Source: Candidatus Woesearchaeota archaeon (GTDB lineage Archaea; Nanobdellota; Nanobdellia; Woesearchaeales; WJKL01). From it: a stretch of DNA of 38,973 nucleotides. The translations under genes were made by a program, and so were the position numbers. Below the pieces are notes generated by a model, which saw only the letters and a list, made by a program, of their open reading frames with translations, did no database searches and was not told where the DNA came from. The stretch spans positions 1 through 38,973 of the forward strand of contig JAAOYC010000032.1 in NCBI GenBank assembly GCA_018221125.1, written 5' to 3'. Below are positions 19,468 through 27,386 of the stretch, piece by piece. The first letter of the stretch is position 1. Each line of letters starts with the position of its first letter.

Positions 19468-20274
19468 TTATTTCTCTATAAACTTCTGCATCCTGTTTAC
19501 AAAGTCTTCTGCTTCTTTGTAGAGTTTTTCATATTCAGGGCCTTTTATCTCTTTTATTTCCCTGTGCGTGATGCCTTTCATAAGCTTATAGAATCTGTCC
19601 ATTGTTTTTGCATATTTTGCTTCCAGCTTGTGCTCTTTGACAAGTCTTTTCTCCAGCAAGTCTCCTGCGTATTGAGGAGAAGGCGGTGTTTCGCCAATAT
19701 GCATCAATGCTGCATGGGTTGCATCAATAACAGCCCAGTATAAATCTAAAGTTGCCTGGAGTATATGCCATTTTGAGTTTAATAATGTTCTTGGAGCCCG
19801 TCCAAAATAAACCCAGACAGACTCTTTTGTTGGCTTTATCCTTCCCTGGATAAGTAATGCCTGCATTGGGTCAAAGAATCCTGTATCCAGCAATGCAATT
19901 CCATCTCTTAGGATGTTTATTGCAACAGGGTCTCCTGCCCTTAGATATTCCCAGAAAGATGTTATTGTCATTGATGTTACATGCAGACGAGTTGATACTT
20001 TTCCCAGTGTTTTTTCAACTATCAACCTATACACTTCTATTACTTCTCTTGTCATCCTTATTGACAAGTCATCCACTACAATAAGAACATCAATGTCTCC
20101 TTTCTGGCCAACAGGTGTCTTTTTTCTTGCTGCTGAGCCGAACAGAACAACTGCTTTTAAGAAATCTCCGAATTCGTTTTTTAATCTTTTTGCAAAAGAC
20201 TTTGCAGCTGCAATGTCTTCATTCGGATATTTAACTATGTTAGGATGAGCGCCTTTTTTTAGTGTGAATTTCAA
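19468..20274 (-). CDS. minimal nucleotidyltransferase-HEPN fusion protein
   Basis: LFGSAAR...GDIDVLIVVDD Pol-beta motif plus a helical HEPN-like C-terminus (YWAVIDATHAAL); TTG start with GAGGGAG RBS. Confidence 0.85.
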   Translation of the reverse strand: MKFTLKKGAHPNIVKYPNEDIAAAKSFAKRLKNEFGDFLKAVVLFGSAARKKTPVGQKGDIDVLIVVDDLSIRMTREVIEVYRLIVEKTLGKVSTRLHVTSMTITSFWEYLRAGDPVAINILRDGIALLDTGFFDPMQALLIQGRIKPTKESVWVYFGRAPRTLLNSKWHILQATLDLYWAVIDATHAALMHIGETPPSPQYAGDLLEKRLVKEHKLEAKYAKTMDRFYKLMKGITHREIKEIKGPEYEKLYKEAEDFVNRMQKFIEK

Positions 20275-20338
20275 ATCTATCTCCCTCTTTTATTGAAATT
20301 AGCATTAAATAGTATTTAAAAGTTGTGTTTTAATAAGA

Positions 20339-20496
20339 TTTACACAATGTGCTTCTTTCAGAACCACAAGTATAAAACTTTAGGTAAGTTTTACACAATT
20401 TGCTTCTTTCAATAAAGTTCATATCACTTTGCTCATGAACATACTTCATTTCAAAGAAATGAAGAACCACAAGTATAAAACTTTAGGTAAGTTTTA
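20339..20496. repeat. intergenic A-B-A'-hairpins-B repeat
   Basis: 22-bp unit at 20339-20360 and 20390-20411 (1 mismatch); identical 34-bp unit at 20360-20393 and 20463-20496; hairpin CTTCATTTC-AAA-GAAATGAAG at 20444-20464. Confidence 0.9.
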
Positions 20497-20504
20497 TATA
20501 TAAG

Positions 20505-20522
20505 TGAGACAAATTGGTCATA
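20505..20522. promoter_or_regulatory. candidate operator TGAGAC-N6-GTCATA
   Basis: Lies just downstream of TTTTATATA; matches the sites at 33461 and 33536. Confidence 0.5.
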
Positions 20523-20540
20523 TGAACATCTTAAAAATAG

Positions 20541-20572
20541 AAAGGTTTAAATAATTGGACTATTTAGTCCAA
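20541..20572 (+). promoter_or_regulatory. BRE/TATA plus perfect palindrome (likely MNT autorepression operator)
   Basis: AAAGGTTTAAATA at 20541-20553, then TTGGACTA-TT-TAGTCCAA at 20555-20572. Confidence 0.65.
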
Positions 20573-20585
20573 ATAGATTGACCAA

Positions 20586-21116
20586 ATGATGCAACTAAAT
20601 GAACTATTAGGAAACAAGGAATTGTTCAGGATACTTAATTTCTTTATATCTAATCCTACAAAAGAATTTTCTCAGACAGCGGTGCGAAAGAAGATAGGAA
20701 TCTCTAAAACTACCTTGATTAAATGGATAGATAAGTTAGAAAAAAATGAGTTATTGAATCTGAGAAAAATAGGAACATCAAACTTGTATAAGCTAAGCAG
20801 GGAGAATGTTATCATCAAGCAGATAAAGATATTAAAGAGTCTACTGCAACTAGGGCCTTTGAAAAGTATTGATGCAGAAATTTATGTATATGGAAGTGCT
20901 GCAAGGGGGGAAGATGCAGAAGATAGTGATATTGATATCATGTTGATAGGAAAATTGAACAGGAAAGATGTAATTGAAGATATTGACAGGCTGGCTAAAA
21001 AAATAAAACGAAAGATAAGTTTCAAGATATTTGATAGGATAGAATGGTCAAAGATTGCAAGAGAAGATAATCCTTTTTATGAAAGAGTTGAAAAAGATAA
21101 GATAAGATTAGGATGA
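20586..21116 (+). CDS. wHTH-MNT nucleotidyltransferase (antitoxin-like)
   Basis: N-terminal wHTH; YGSAARGED..DSDIDI motif. Confidence 0.9.
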   Translation: MMQLNELLGNKELFRILNFFISNPTKEFSQTAVRKKIGISKTTLIKWIDKLEKNELLNLRKIGTSNLYKLSRENVIIKQIKILKSLLQLGPLKSIDAEIYVYGSAARGEDAEDSDIDIMLIGKLNRKDVIEDIDRLAKKIKRKISFKIFDRIEWSKIAREDNPFYERVEKDKIRLG

Positions 21117-21535
21117 ATATAAGAAAAGCGATTGAGGAGAGATTTTTAGAAAAAATTGAGATGGATAATGAATTGATTAGCAAGGAATTTGATGAGTCTG
21201 CCTATGATTTTGAAAAAGCACAAAAAGCTTTTGAAGAAGAAGATTACAAGTGGAGCATTGTGAAAAGTTATTATTCTGTATTCCATTCAGCAAAAGCAAT
21301 GTTGTTTGCATTAGGATTGAAAGAAAGAAAACATTTTGCAATAAGTATAGTATTAGAAGATCTTAACTTAAGAGGCAAATTAGAATCAATCTATGTAAAT
21401 GATTTTAAAGCAGCTAGTTCTGCAAGAGAAGATGCTGATTATCATTATTCTTATTCAAAGAAATCTGCACTGCATATTTTAGAGATTGCAGAAGAATTTA
21501 ATGATAAGATGGAAAAATTAGTAAAAGAGCTGTAA
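21113..21535 (+). CDS. HEPN domain protein (toxin-like partner of MNT)
   Basis: YYSVFHSAKAML and REDADYH motifs; ATGA overlap with the MNT gene. Confidence 0.88.
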   Translation: MNIRKAIEERFLEKIEMDNELISKEFDESAYDFEKAQKAFEEEDYKWSIVKSYYSVFHSAKAMLFALGLKERKHFAISIVLEDLNLRGKLESIYVNDFKAASSAREDADYHYSYSKKSALHILEIAEEFNDKMEKLVKEL

Positions 21536-21536
21536 A

Positions 21537-22184
21537 ATGGCTAAGGAAGATCTAGAGAAAGTATTGAAGAAGAAAGTTGAGCCTTTGCTAGAAGAATCAA
21601 TGCACAAGATTTTAGGTGTAACTATTTCTGAGTTTGGGAAAGATATCACTGACAGTATTGAGAAAAATCCTTTGATTGCCTATGATATTGATATTAGATT
21701 GGGTTTTAAGGCAGCAAAAAAACTGTTCAAGAAGCAGTTCTTGACAAGGATGCTGCAGACTAATTTTGGAAACATCTCTGCTGTTGCAAAAGTAACTGAA
21801 TTAGACAGGAGAAGCGTGCATAGAGCTGTAAAGGAATTGGGAATAGGAATAAAAGGGATTAGAAGAGATATGATTAAAGCTGATTATTATCGTCGAGAAG
21901 CTGTTGGAGAGATATTGAAAGGGACTTTGGACAGTTATAAGACAGTGATCAGGCCTGGAAAGCTAGAGAATATGTATGAGAATGTTGACAAGATAAGCTT
22001 TGATATTGTGAAAGAACTACCTGCAATAGAGATGAGCTGGGATGCTGCTGAGAAGATGTTTGAAATCCAGTATTTTGAGAAAGCACTTAAGGAGAATAAA
22101 GGCAATGTTTCCAGAACAGCGCGTAGAATAGGTTTAAGATATGAAACTTTGCATAGGAAGCTGAAGAAGTTAGGGTTGAAGTAG
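21537..22184 (+). CDS. tandem Fis-type (HTH_8) DNA-binding protein
   Basis: GNISAVAKVTELDRRSVHRAVKELG and GNVSRTARRIGLRYETLHRKLKKLG. Confidence 0.8.
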   Translation: MAKEDLEKVLKKKVEPLLEESMHKILGVTISEFGKDITDSIEKNPLIAYDIDIRLGFKAAKKLFKKQFLTRMLQTNFGNISAVAKVTELDRRSVHRAVKELGIGIKGIRRDMIKADYYRREAVGEILKGTLDSYKTVIRPGKLENMYENVDKISFDIVKELPAIEMSWDAAEKMFEIQYFEKALKENKGNVSRTARRIGLRYETLHRKLKKLGLK

Positions 22185-22185
22185 A

Positions 22186-22776
22186 TTAAGATGAATATTT
22201 TTGAATGAATTCTTCTACTTTGCTGTTGAAAAGATTTTCAGTTTCTTGTTCTTGTTGTTCTTGGATCTTCTTATAATGCTTTACAATAGGAATATGAAGT
22301 ACAGCAGGTATAATCCCTCCCACAATAGCTCCTAAAACTGAACCAGCTGGGGCAGCAACATAAGCAATATTCTGGCTTTCTGTTAAGTAGTCAGCTAAAG
22401 TTCCTGCACCGATTGCTCCTCCAATATAACCAGCTACTGCAAATGTTATGCATGATGCTATAGCACTATATCCTGGAAGAGTGGGTGTGTCTTCTATATT
22501 TTCTTTAAGCATATCCCTTAAGTTTGGCAATTCTGATAATTCTTTTCCCCAGTTAGGAATTGAAAGGGTTTTTTCACTAAGTGAAGCATTCCTTATTGAA
22601 TGATAATGAACTATTTGACAAAACTCTTCATAATAATCTTTACCAAGTCCTTTAAGTTCATTTGCAACATGAGATTTAAGATTTTCTAAATCTGATTCTT
22701 CTAAACCCCATGAATCGGAATTTAATCTAAGAGAATCCCAAGCCTCCATTGCTGGTGTAATTATTTCCATTAACAT
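22186..22776 (-). CDS. ORFan array gene 10; Gly/Ala-rich two-helix membrane protein
   Basis: Hydrophobic GxxxG-rich hairpin (AVAGYIGGAIGAG; AGSVLGAIVGGII). Confidence 0.8.
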   Translation of the reverse strand: MLMEIITPAMEAWDSLRLNSDSWGLEESDLENLKSHVANELKGLGKDYYEEFCQIVHYHSIRNASLSEKTLSIPNWGKELSELPNLRDMLKENIEDTPTLPGYSAIASCITFAVAGYIGGAIGAGTLADYLTESQNIAYVAAPAGSVLGAIVGGIIPAVLHIPIVKHYKKIQEQQEQETENLFNSKVEEFIQKYSS

Positions 22777-22779
22777 TTT

Positions 22780-23064
22780 TTATTCTCCTTCAGTCATATC
22801 TGCCAATAATATTGCAAGTCCTCCAACAACTTCATCTCTTTCTCTGAGTCTCTGTTCATATCCAAAACGGTTTTTAGGGTTAGGATTATTGAATTTAAAT
22901 GTAACATTTTGAAAATAGTTTCCACAATCCTCTGCTTTTACTTCTACGTAATTTCCATAAGATTCTAGCCGTCTACCACTGTGTAGTCTGTTTGGATGTT
23001 GTGTAAGATAGAATCTTACCTGATCCATCTGTTCCCAATTCAATCCATCTACTTTTATTTTCAT
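22780..23064 (-). CDS. ORFan array gene 9 (94 aa)
   Basis: Likely start ATG 23064; ends EGE* inside the junction motif. Confidence 0.75.
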   Translation of the reverse strand: MKIKVDGLNWEQMDQVRFYLTQHPNRLHSGRRLESYGNYVEVKAEDCGNYFQNVTFKFNNPNPKNRFGYEQRLRERDEVVGGLAILLADMTEGE

Positions 23065-23068
23065 CTTT

Positions 23069-23557
23069 TTATTTATCACTGCCTAAAATATCTTCAACCC
23101 CTTTTGATAAAGGTCTTTCAACAATACTTCTTTCTATCTCTTTTGCTTCCTCAGAAGTTATTGGTTCTGTCCAAAAATGTTCGCCTATACTGGCTTTCAT
23201 TTGCTTTACTACTTCATCAGCATATAATTTCCTTATTGCTCCACAAGGTTGATCTCTGCCCTCTTTGTATAATGCAACATATTCTTCTGTTATTTTTTCT
23301 TCGCCTCTTAATAATTTCAGCACTGCTGCAATCTTTTTAGGATTACGTTCACTTATCTTATCCATCAGTTCGCCTCTTTCTGACAGTTTTTTGCCTACTA
23401 ATAAATCTGCAATAGGTGGATTATGATAATATAGTGAAACAGGTTTTCCATCTTCATAGTGTACTATCACTGCAGTTGTCTCTTCTGGGATTAAACCAGT
23501 TTTGTCTGTGCCATCTATTGCATACGTTTCCTTAACTAATCTAGATTCTATTGTCAT
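23069..23557 (-). CDS. ORFan array gene 8 (162 aa)
   Basis: Start reassigned to ATG 23557, which follows TGAGGTTAAAA and removes a 34-bp overlap. Confidence 0.75.
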   Translation of the reverse strand: MTIESRLVKETYAIDGTDKTGLIPEETTAVIVHYEDGKPVSLYYHNPPIADLLVGKKLSERGELMDKISERNPKKIAAVLKLLRGEEKITEEYVALYKEGRDQPCGAIRKLYADEVVKQMKASIGEHFWTEPITSEEAKEIERSIVERPLSKGVEDILGSDK

Positions 23558-23565
23558 TTTTAACC

Positions 23566-24444
23566 TCATGGGTCTAACATAAACAATCTTTTTCTCCATT
23601 TAGGGTTTAGTAAAACATCTCCGTAATTTTCTACAAGTCTAACTGAATCTTCAAATAGATTATCTGCTTGGATAAGCAAAGATGGCGCATCATAAGATAA
23701 GCAAGGCCCATCAAATTCTTGCAGCATTTCAACTAATTCAGATTTAGCTTTGTCTATTCCTGGATTATCTGGTGCATTGATTTTTCCCAGACATACTGTA
23801 CCTACGCAAGATTGCGTTATAGGAGATTCTCCATTTATTACATGGAAACCTGAGTAAATATCAGGCAATGTGCTTTTTAGTTCATGTAATTTCTCATGCA
23901 TTTTTGCAAGTGTTTCTTTTCTGTCAATAACTAGAGCTTCACATTCTTCTACTCTGCTAAAATTCTCTTCTGGATTTTCCAAGACTCTTTTAAGAGTTCT
24001 ATAAAGACGTAATGGTGAAGGGCTATCCTCCAAATCTTCAATATTTGCTGCATCAATGATATAACCCACTCTTAAAAGTCTTGCAGCGCTGTTAGTGACT
24101 TCCCTATTACAAGCATCACCAAGACCAAAACGTCTTGCAATTCTTTCAGCAAGTTCCCTTTCCTCATCAGTAGCTCCTGGATAATTTTCAAGCAAATCTA
24201 AATAAGCGCTTAAAGGCTCTGTGTATTCTTTTTTTGATTTGCCTTCTCCATCTATAAGAACTTTCATATCACCGGGCTTTACTTTTAATTCTCCTGCATG
24301 TTCTTTGACTATTCTGTCTACTTTTCTGCCGATATCAACTACATCCTGGGATTTACAGCTAAAATATACACTGTCTACCCAAAACTGATCATTTGCATCT
24401 ATGCAATATACATTTGGTTTTACTACATCAAATTTTATTTCCAT
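23566..24444 (-). CDS. ORFan array gene 7 (292 aa)
   Basis: Long ORF preceded by AAAGGTGAATAAAAATG. Confidence 0.8.
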   Translation of the reverse strand: MEIKFDVVKPNVYCIDANDQFWVDSVYFSCKSQDVVDIGRKVDRIVKEHAGELKVKPGDMKVLIDGEGKSKKEYTEPLSAYLDLLENYPGATDEERELAERIARRFGLGDACNREVTNSAARLLRVGYIIDAANIEDLEDSPSPLRLYRTLKRVLENPEENFSRVEECEALVIDRKETLAKMHEKLHELKSTLPDIYSGFHVINGESPITQSCVGTVCLGKINAPDNPGIDKAKSELVEMLQEFDGPCLSYDAPSLLIQADNLFEDSVRLVENYGDVLLNPKWRKRLFMLDP

Positions 24445-24446
24445 TT

Positions 24447-24947
24447 TTATTCACCTTTATCAAGAAGAGCTCCATAATTAATCAACCAGGGATGCTCTTG
24501 TACAAATTCATTGAATAATTCCTTGAATCTTTCTCCTAATTCCTCGAATTGCTGGTAATATAATTCAGTGTGTCTTTTAATTGCAGGCGTGGTATGTTCT
24601 GGATTCTGGACTTTAATGCAGTTCACACCCATTTCTCTTGCTGATTCTATAATATACTGCTCAAAATCTACAAAAGACTTGTCTTCCTGAGATGGATATT
24701 CATATTCTTCGACTGCCATTGTTACATATTGACTTACGTGTGAGGCTACTGACACCTCTTTGCTGCCAATGTTTACTTTATTTCCCGCACCAATGATAAC
24801 TCCAATAAGTGCCTTAGCCTCATAGCCTACTCCCTTTTCAGGATCAAATCCATAAACAATAACACTTGGTCTTAATCCACCTTCGAATTCTACCTTATAT
24901 TCTAAACTAATTTCTTCTTTTCTTGGTTCTTGTGTTTCTTCTGTCAT
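24447..24947 (-). CDS. ORFan array gene 6 (166 aa)
   Basis: Starts MTEE, ends DKGE*. Confidence 0.8.
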   Translation of the reverse strand: MTEETQEPRKEEISLEYKVEFEGGLRPSVIVYGFDPEKGVGYEAKALIGVIIGAGNKVNIGSKEVSVASHVSQYVTMAVEEYEYPSQEDKSFVDFEQYIIESAREMGVNCIKVQNPEHTTPAIKRHTELYYQQFEELGERFKELFNEFVQEHPWLINYGALLDKGE

Positions 24948-24950
24948 TTT

Positions 24951-25373
24951 TTATTCACCTTTTGAGTCAGGTGCTTTAAGTTCAGCTTTTGCGTCAAGTA
25001 CTTGAAGTTCACCTGCATATTGTCTTACTCTATAATAACCATCTTTGAAATCGCAAAAGAATTCTTTTACCATATCTACATAATCATATCCTATAGTAAC
25101 TCCTAAACCAAATCCCACTCCTAGAGTCAATAAAGTTGCTAAATCACTGCTTTCAAATGCATAGTGGGTAAAAGTTGCGACACCACTTAAAACAGCAACA
25201 GGCAAAGCAACTCCGCCAACTGCTTTTAGAAAGCTCTTGTTTCTCTCGCTTTTAGCTTCACCTAAACAATCTTCTATTCCTTCTCTCTTCTTAAGATTAT
25301 CCAAAGCTTGATCTAACTTTTCTGTATCAATTTTTTCATTGAGGTTTGAATAGTCTCCTTCTGGACATTTCAT
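24951..25373 (-). CDS. ORFan array gene 5; two-helix membrane protein
   Basis: Hydrophobic hairpin with LGVGFGLGVTIG; ends KGE*. Confidence 0.8.
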   Translation of the reverse strand: MKCPEGDYSNLNEKIDTEKLDQALDNLKKREGIEDCLGEAKSERNKSFLKAVGGVALPVAVLSGVATFTHYAFESSDLATLLTLGVGFGLGVTIGYDYVDMVKEFFCDFKDGYYRVRQYAGELQVLDAKAELKAPDSKGE

Positions 25374-25843
25374 TCTTCATCACCTACTTTTGTTCTAGAA
25401 ACATAAAACTGCGCTGTTGCGTGCATAGAATATTCAACCTTTTTTGATTTTTCCCAAAGGTTGTTGAAAATATAATCATCTATAACATCTGGTTTTATAT
25501 TACCCATTATATCACTATCTTCTGTGCGTGCATCAAGATCTACTGGAGGTCTGACTTCTTGTTCAACAAAATTAACACTAAAATAAGGAACTCCTAATTC
25601 TTCTGCCATACGCATTGAAGAACGAAATATTTCTCCTGAGCCATATTCCTCCCTGATTCTTTTAGAGGGCATAGATACAATATAATTTCTTGGACCTAGA
25701 TAAGCAGAGCTGACCATTGTCAATTCATCTGGTTCAATCTTGTCATCAAGTGTTTTTGCAAAGTAGAAACGATCTAATTCAGCTAGTCTGAATACTCCGT
25801 CTTTCAAAACAATTAATTGTGGTTTTGGTTTTTCTTCTGTCAT
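25370..25843 (-). CDS. ORFan array gene 4 (157 aa)
   Basis: Starts MTEE; ATGA overlap with the next gene. Confidence 0.8.
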   Translation of the reverse strand: MTEEKPKPQLIVLKDGVFRLAELDRFYFAKTLDDKIEPDELTMVSSAYLGPRNYIVSMPSKRIREEYGSGEIFRSSMRMAEELGVPYFSVNFVEQEVRPPVDLDARTEDSDIMGNIKPDVIDDYIFNNLWEKSKKVEYSMHATAQFYVSRTKVGDEE

Positions 25844-25850
25844 TTTTTAT

Positions 25851-26477
25851 TCACCTGTATCCTAATCCTACTATTGGAAGTGCATATTGCACTATAACAT
25901 TTCCTTGTTCATCCAGAACCTGGAAACCTAGAATTGAAACTGATTTACCTAAAAATTCTTTCAGAGAAATTAAATTTAATTTTTCTTCTGGAAAGCGTGG
26001 TTCTAAAGATGATTCTAGTTGGTTAAGTTTTTCAAGTGGTGGATCCTTTATGAGTTCAAAATTATCGTATGGTTCATTTTCAGGGAGTAGATCTTTTTTT
26101 TCTATTTTTTCAAGCAGTGGAATTCTTTTTTCTATTTTATCTCTGTCAAAAAACTCTTCAAGAGAAGATAAATTTTCTTCTCGATAATTAGGTTGGTCTT
26201 TTATGACTAATTCAGGAAAGTGTTTAAGTCTTATATCATCATATAAATCAAGTGAATAAACAACTACTCTTGCTCCTAAACCAATTCTTAATGGAATATC
26301 CATTCTAAAAGGCTCTTCATGCCCTTCCAGTCTGAACTCCAGGCTTCCCTGATGTTTAACAGCATAGCTATCCATACCTAAGAATTTTTTAGCTTCTATC
26401 TGCTCATGAGATGACTCCTGTACAACTCTTCCTTCTGTATGAGGAATTTCCTTACCATCTAAATATAGTCTTTCCAT
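25851..26477 (-). CDS. ORFan array gene 3 (208 aa)
   Basis: Junction motif on both sides. Confidence 0.8.
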   Translation of the reverse strand: MERLYLDGKEIPHTEGRVVQESSHEQIEAKKFLGMDSYAVKHQGSLEFRLEGHEEPFRMDIPLRIGLGARVVVYSLDLYDDIRLKHFPELVIKDQPNYREENLSSLEEFFDRDKIEKRIPLLEKIEKKDLLPENEPYDNFELIKDPPLEKLNQLESSLEPRFPEEKLNLISLKEFLGKSVSILGFQVLDEQGNVIVQYALPIVGLGYR

Positions 26478-26480
26478 TTT

Positions 26481-26861
26481 TTATTCACCTTTATCAATAC
26501 CAATTCCATATATTTGAATAGAATCTCCATATGCTGTAACTTCTCTTCCTTTTAGAACAGACAAATCTTCTCCTAAAGTTCCTGTATCGCAAAGAAATGA
26601 AGCAATCCTCTCTAAGCCTGCGATTGGAAGACTTGCATGGGTACCAGATTCAGATATTTCTACATATAATCCAGATTGTTCAGAATCAATCTTTTGCCTG
26701 TCACATTTAATTCTTTCAACAACTCTGCCTGGGCCAATTTGGAAAAAATAAGCATCAGCAATTGTTGCTTCTTGTGATTTAGCATTAGCTAAATCTGCTT
26801 CAGTAATATCTCTATTTGATGGTGTGTATACCCTTTGATTGTTGAATTCGAATGTTTTCAT
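26481..26861 (-). CDS. ORFan array gene 2 (126 aa)
   Basis: Ends DKGE*. Confidence 0.8.
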   Translation of the reverse strand: MKTFEFNNQRVYTPSNRDITEADLANAKSQEATIADAYFFQIGPGRVVERIKCDRQKIDSEQSGLYVEISESGTHASLPIAGLERIASFLCDTGTLGEDLSVLKGREVTAYGDSIQIYGIGIDKGE

Positions 26862-26864
26862 TTT

Positions 26865-27236
26865 TTATCCCCATCGCTCTGATTTTTCACTGCTGATATC
26901 TGTCCTACCAGGATTCATTTTAGAATATCCAAAAGTAATTAGTATATCCTCTCTAGCTTTTCTTAACTGTTCTCTGTCTTCTCCTAATAGAACTAATGCA
27001 GTCAATACATCACCATCCTGAGCACCATGAACATACTGGGTTCCATCAAAATGATCTTTTCTAAATACAGCATCTCTAAATTCAACTTGGCAGCCATATT
27101 GTTCAGCTACAAAACTAAATGTTGGCCTTATTCCACTTCCTTTGAGATATCTATTATCTAATACTGCGTCTGTTGAAACGTGTCCATAAACTACTATTTC
27201 CTGTAATGTTTTTTCTTGAGTTTCATTTGTTTCCAT
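26865..27236 (-). CDS. ORFan array gene 1 (123 aa)
   Basis: Preceded by AAAGGTGATAAAAAATG and a promoter at 27299-27309. Confidence 0.8.
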   Translation of the reverse strand: METNETQEKTLQEIVVYGHVSTDAVLDNRYLKGSGIRPTFSFVAEQYGCQVEFRDAVFRKDHFDGTQYVHGAQDGDVLTALVLLGEDREQLRKAREDILITFGYSKMNPGRTDISSEKSERWG

Positions 27237-27277
27237 TTTTTATCACCTTTTGTTGTTATTTAATCACTTCTCAGTAA

Positions 27278-27386
27278 GTATATAGATTTCAAGCATATGT
27301 ATAAACCTTGTTATTATAGAATATAGATTAGTATATATGTATATACAAGCGAAAGGTTTAAATAGTTCTAGGATTTATCTATACAT
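27278..27386. promoter_or_regulatory. divergent promoters with repeated TATAGA/TATATAC boxes
   Basis: AAGGTTTATAC (minus, 27299-27309) and AAAGGTTTAAATA (plus, 27352-27364); TATAGA occurs several times. Confidence 0.6.

Noticed and set aside
20339-20496. Mini CRISPR array (two identical 34-bp palindromic units)
   Set aside because: Only two units, a 69-bp spacer that itself repeats flanking sequence, and no cas genes.
23557-23599. Possible frameshift at the 34-bp overlap inside the array
   Set aside because: Resolved by a downstream ATG (23557) with a GAGGT SD just after the upstream stop.
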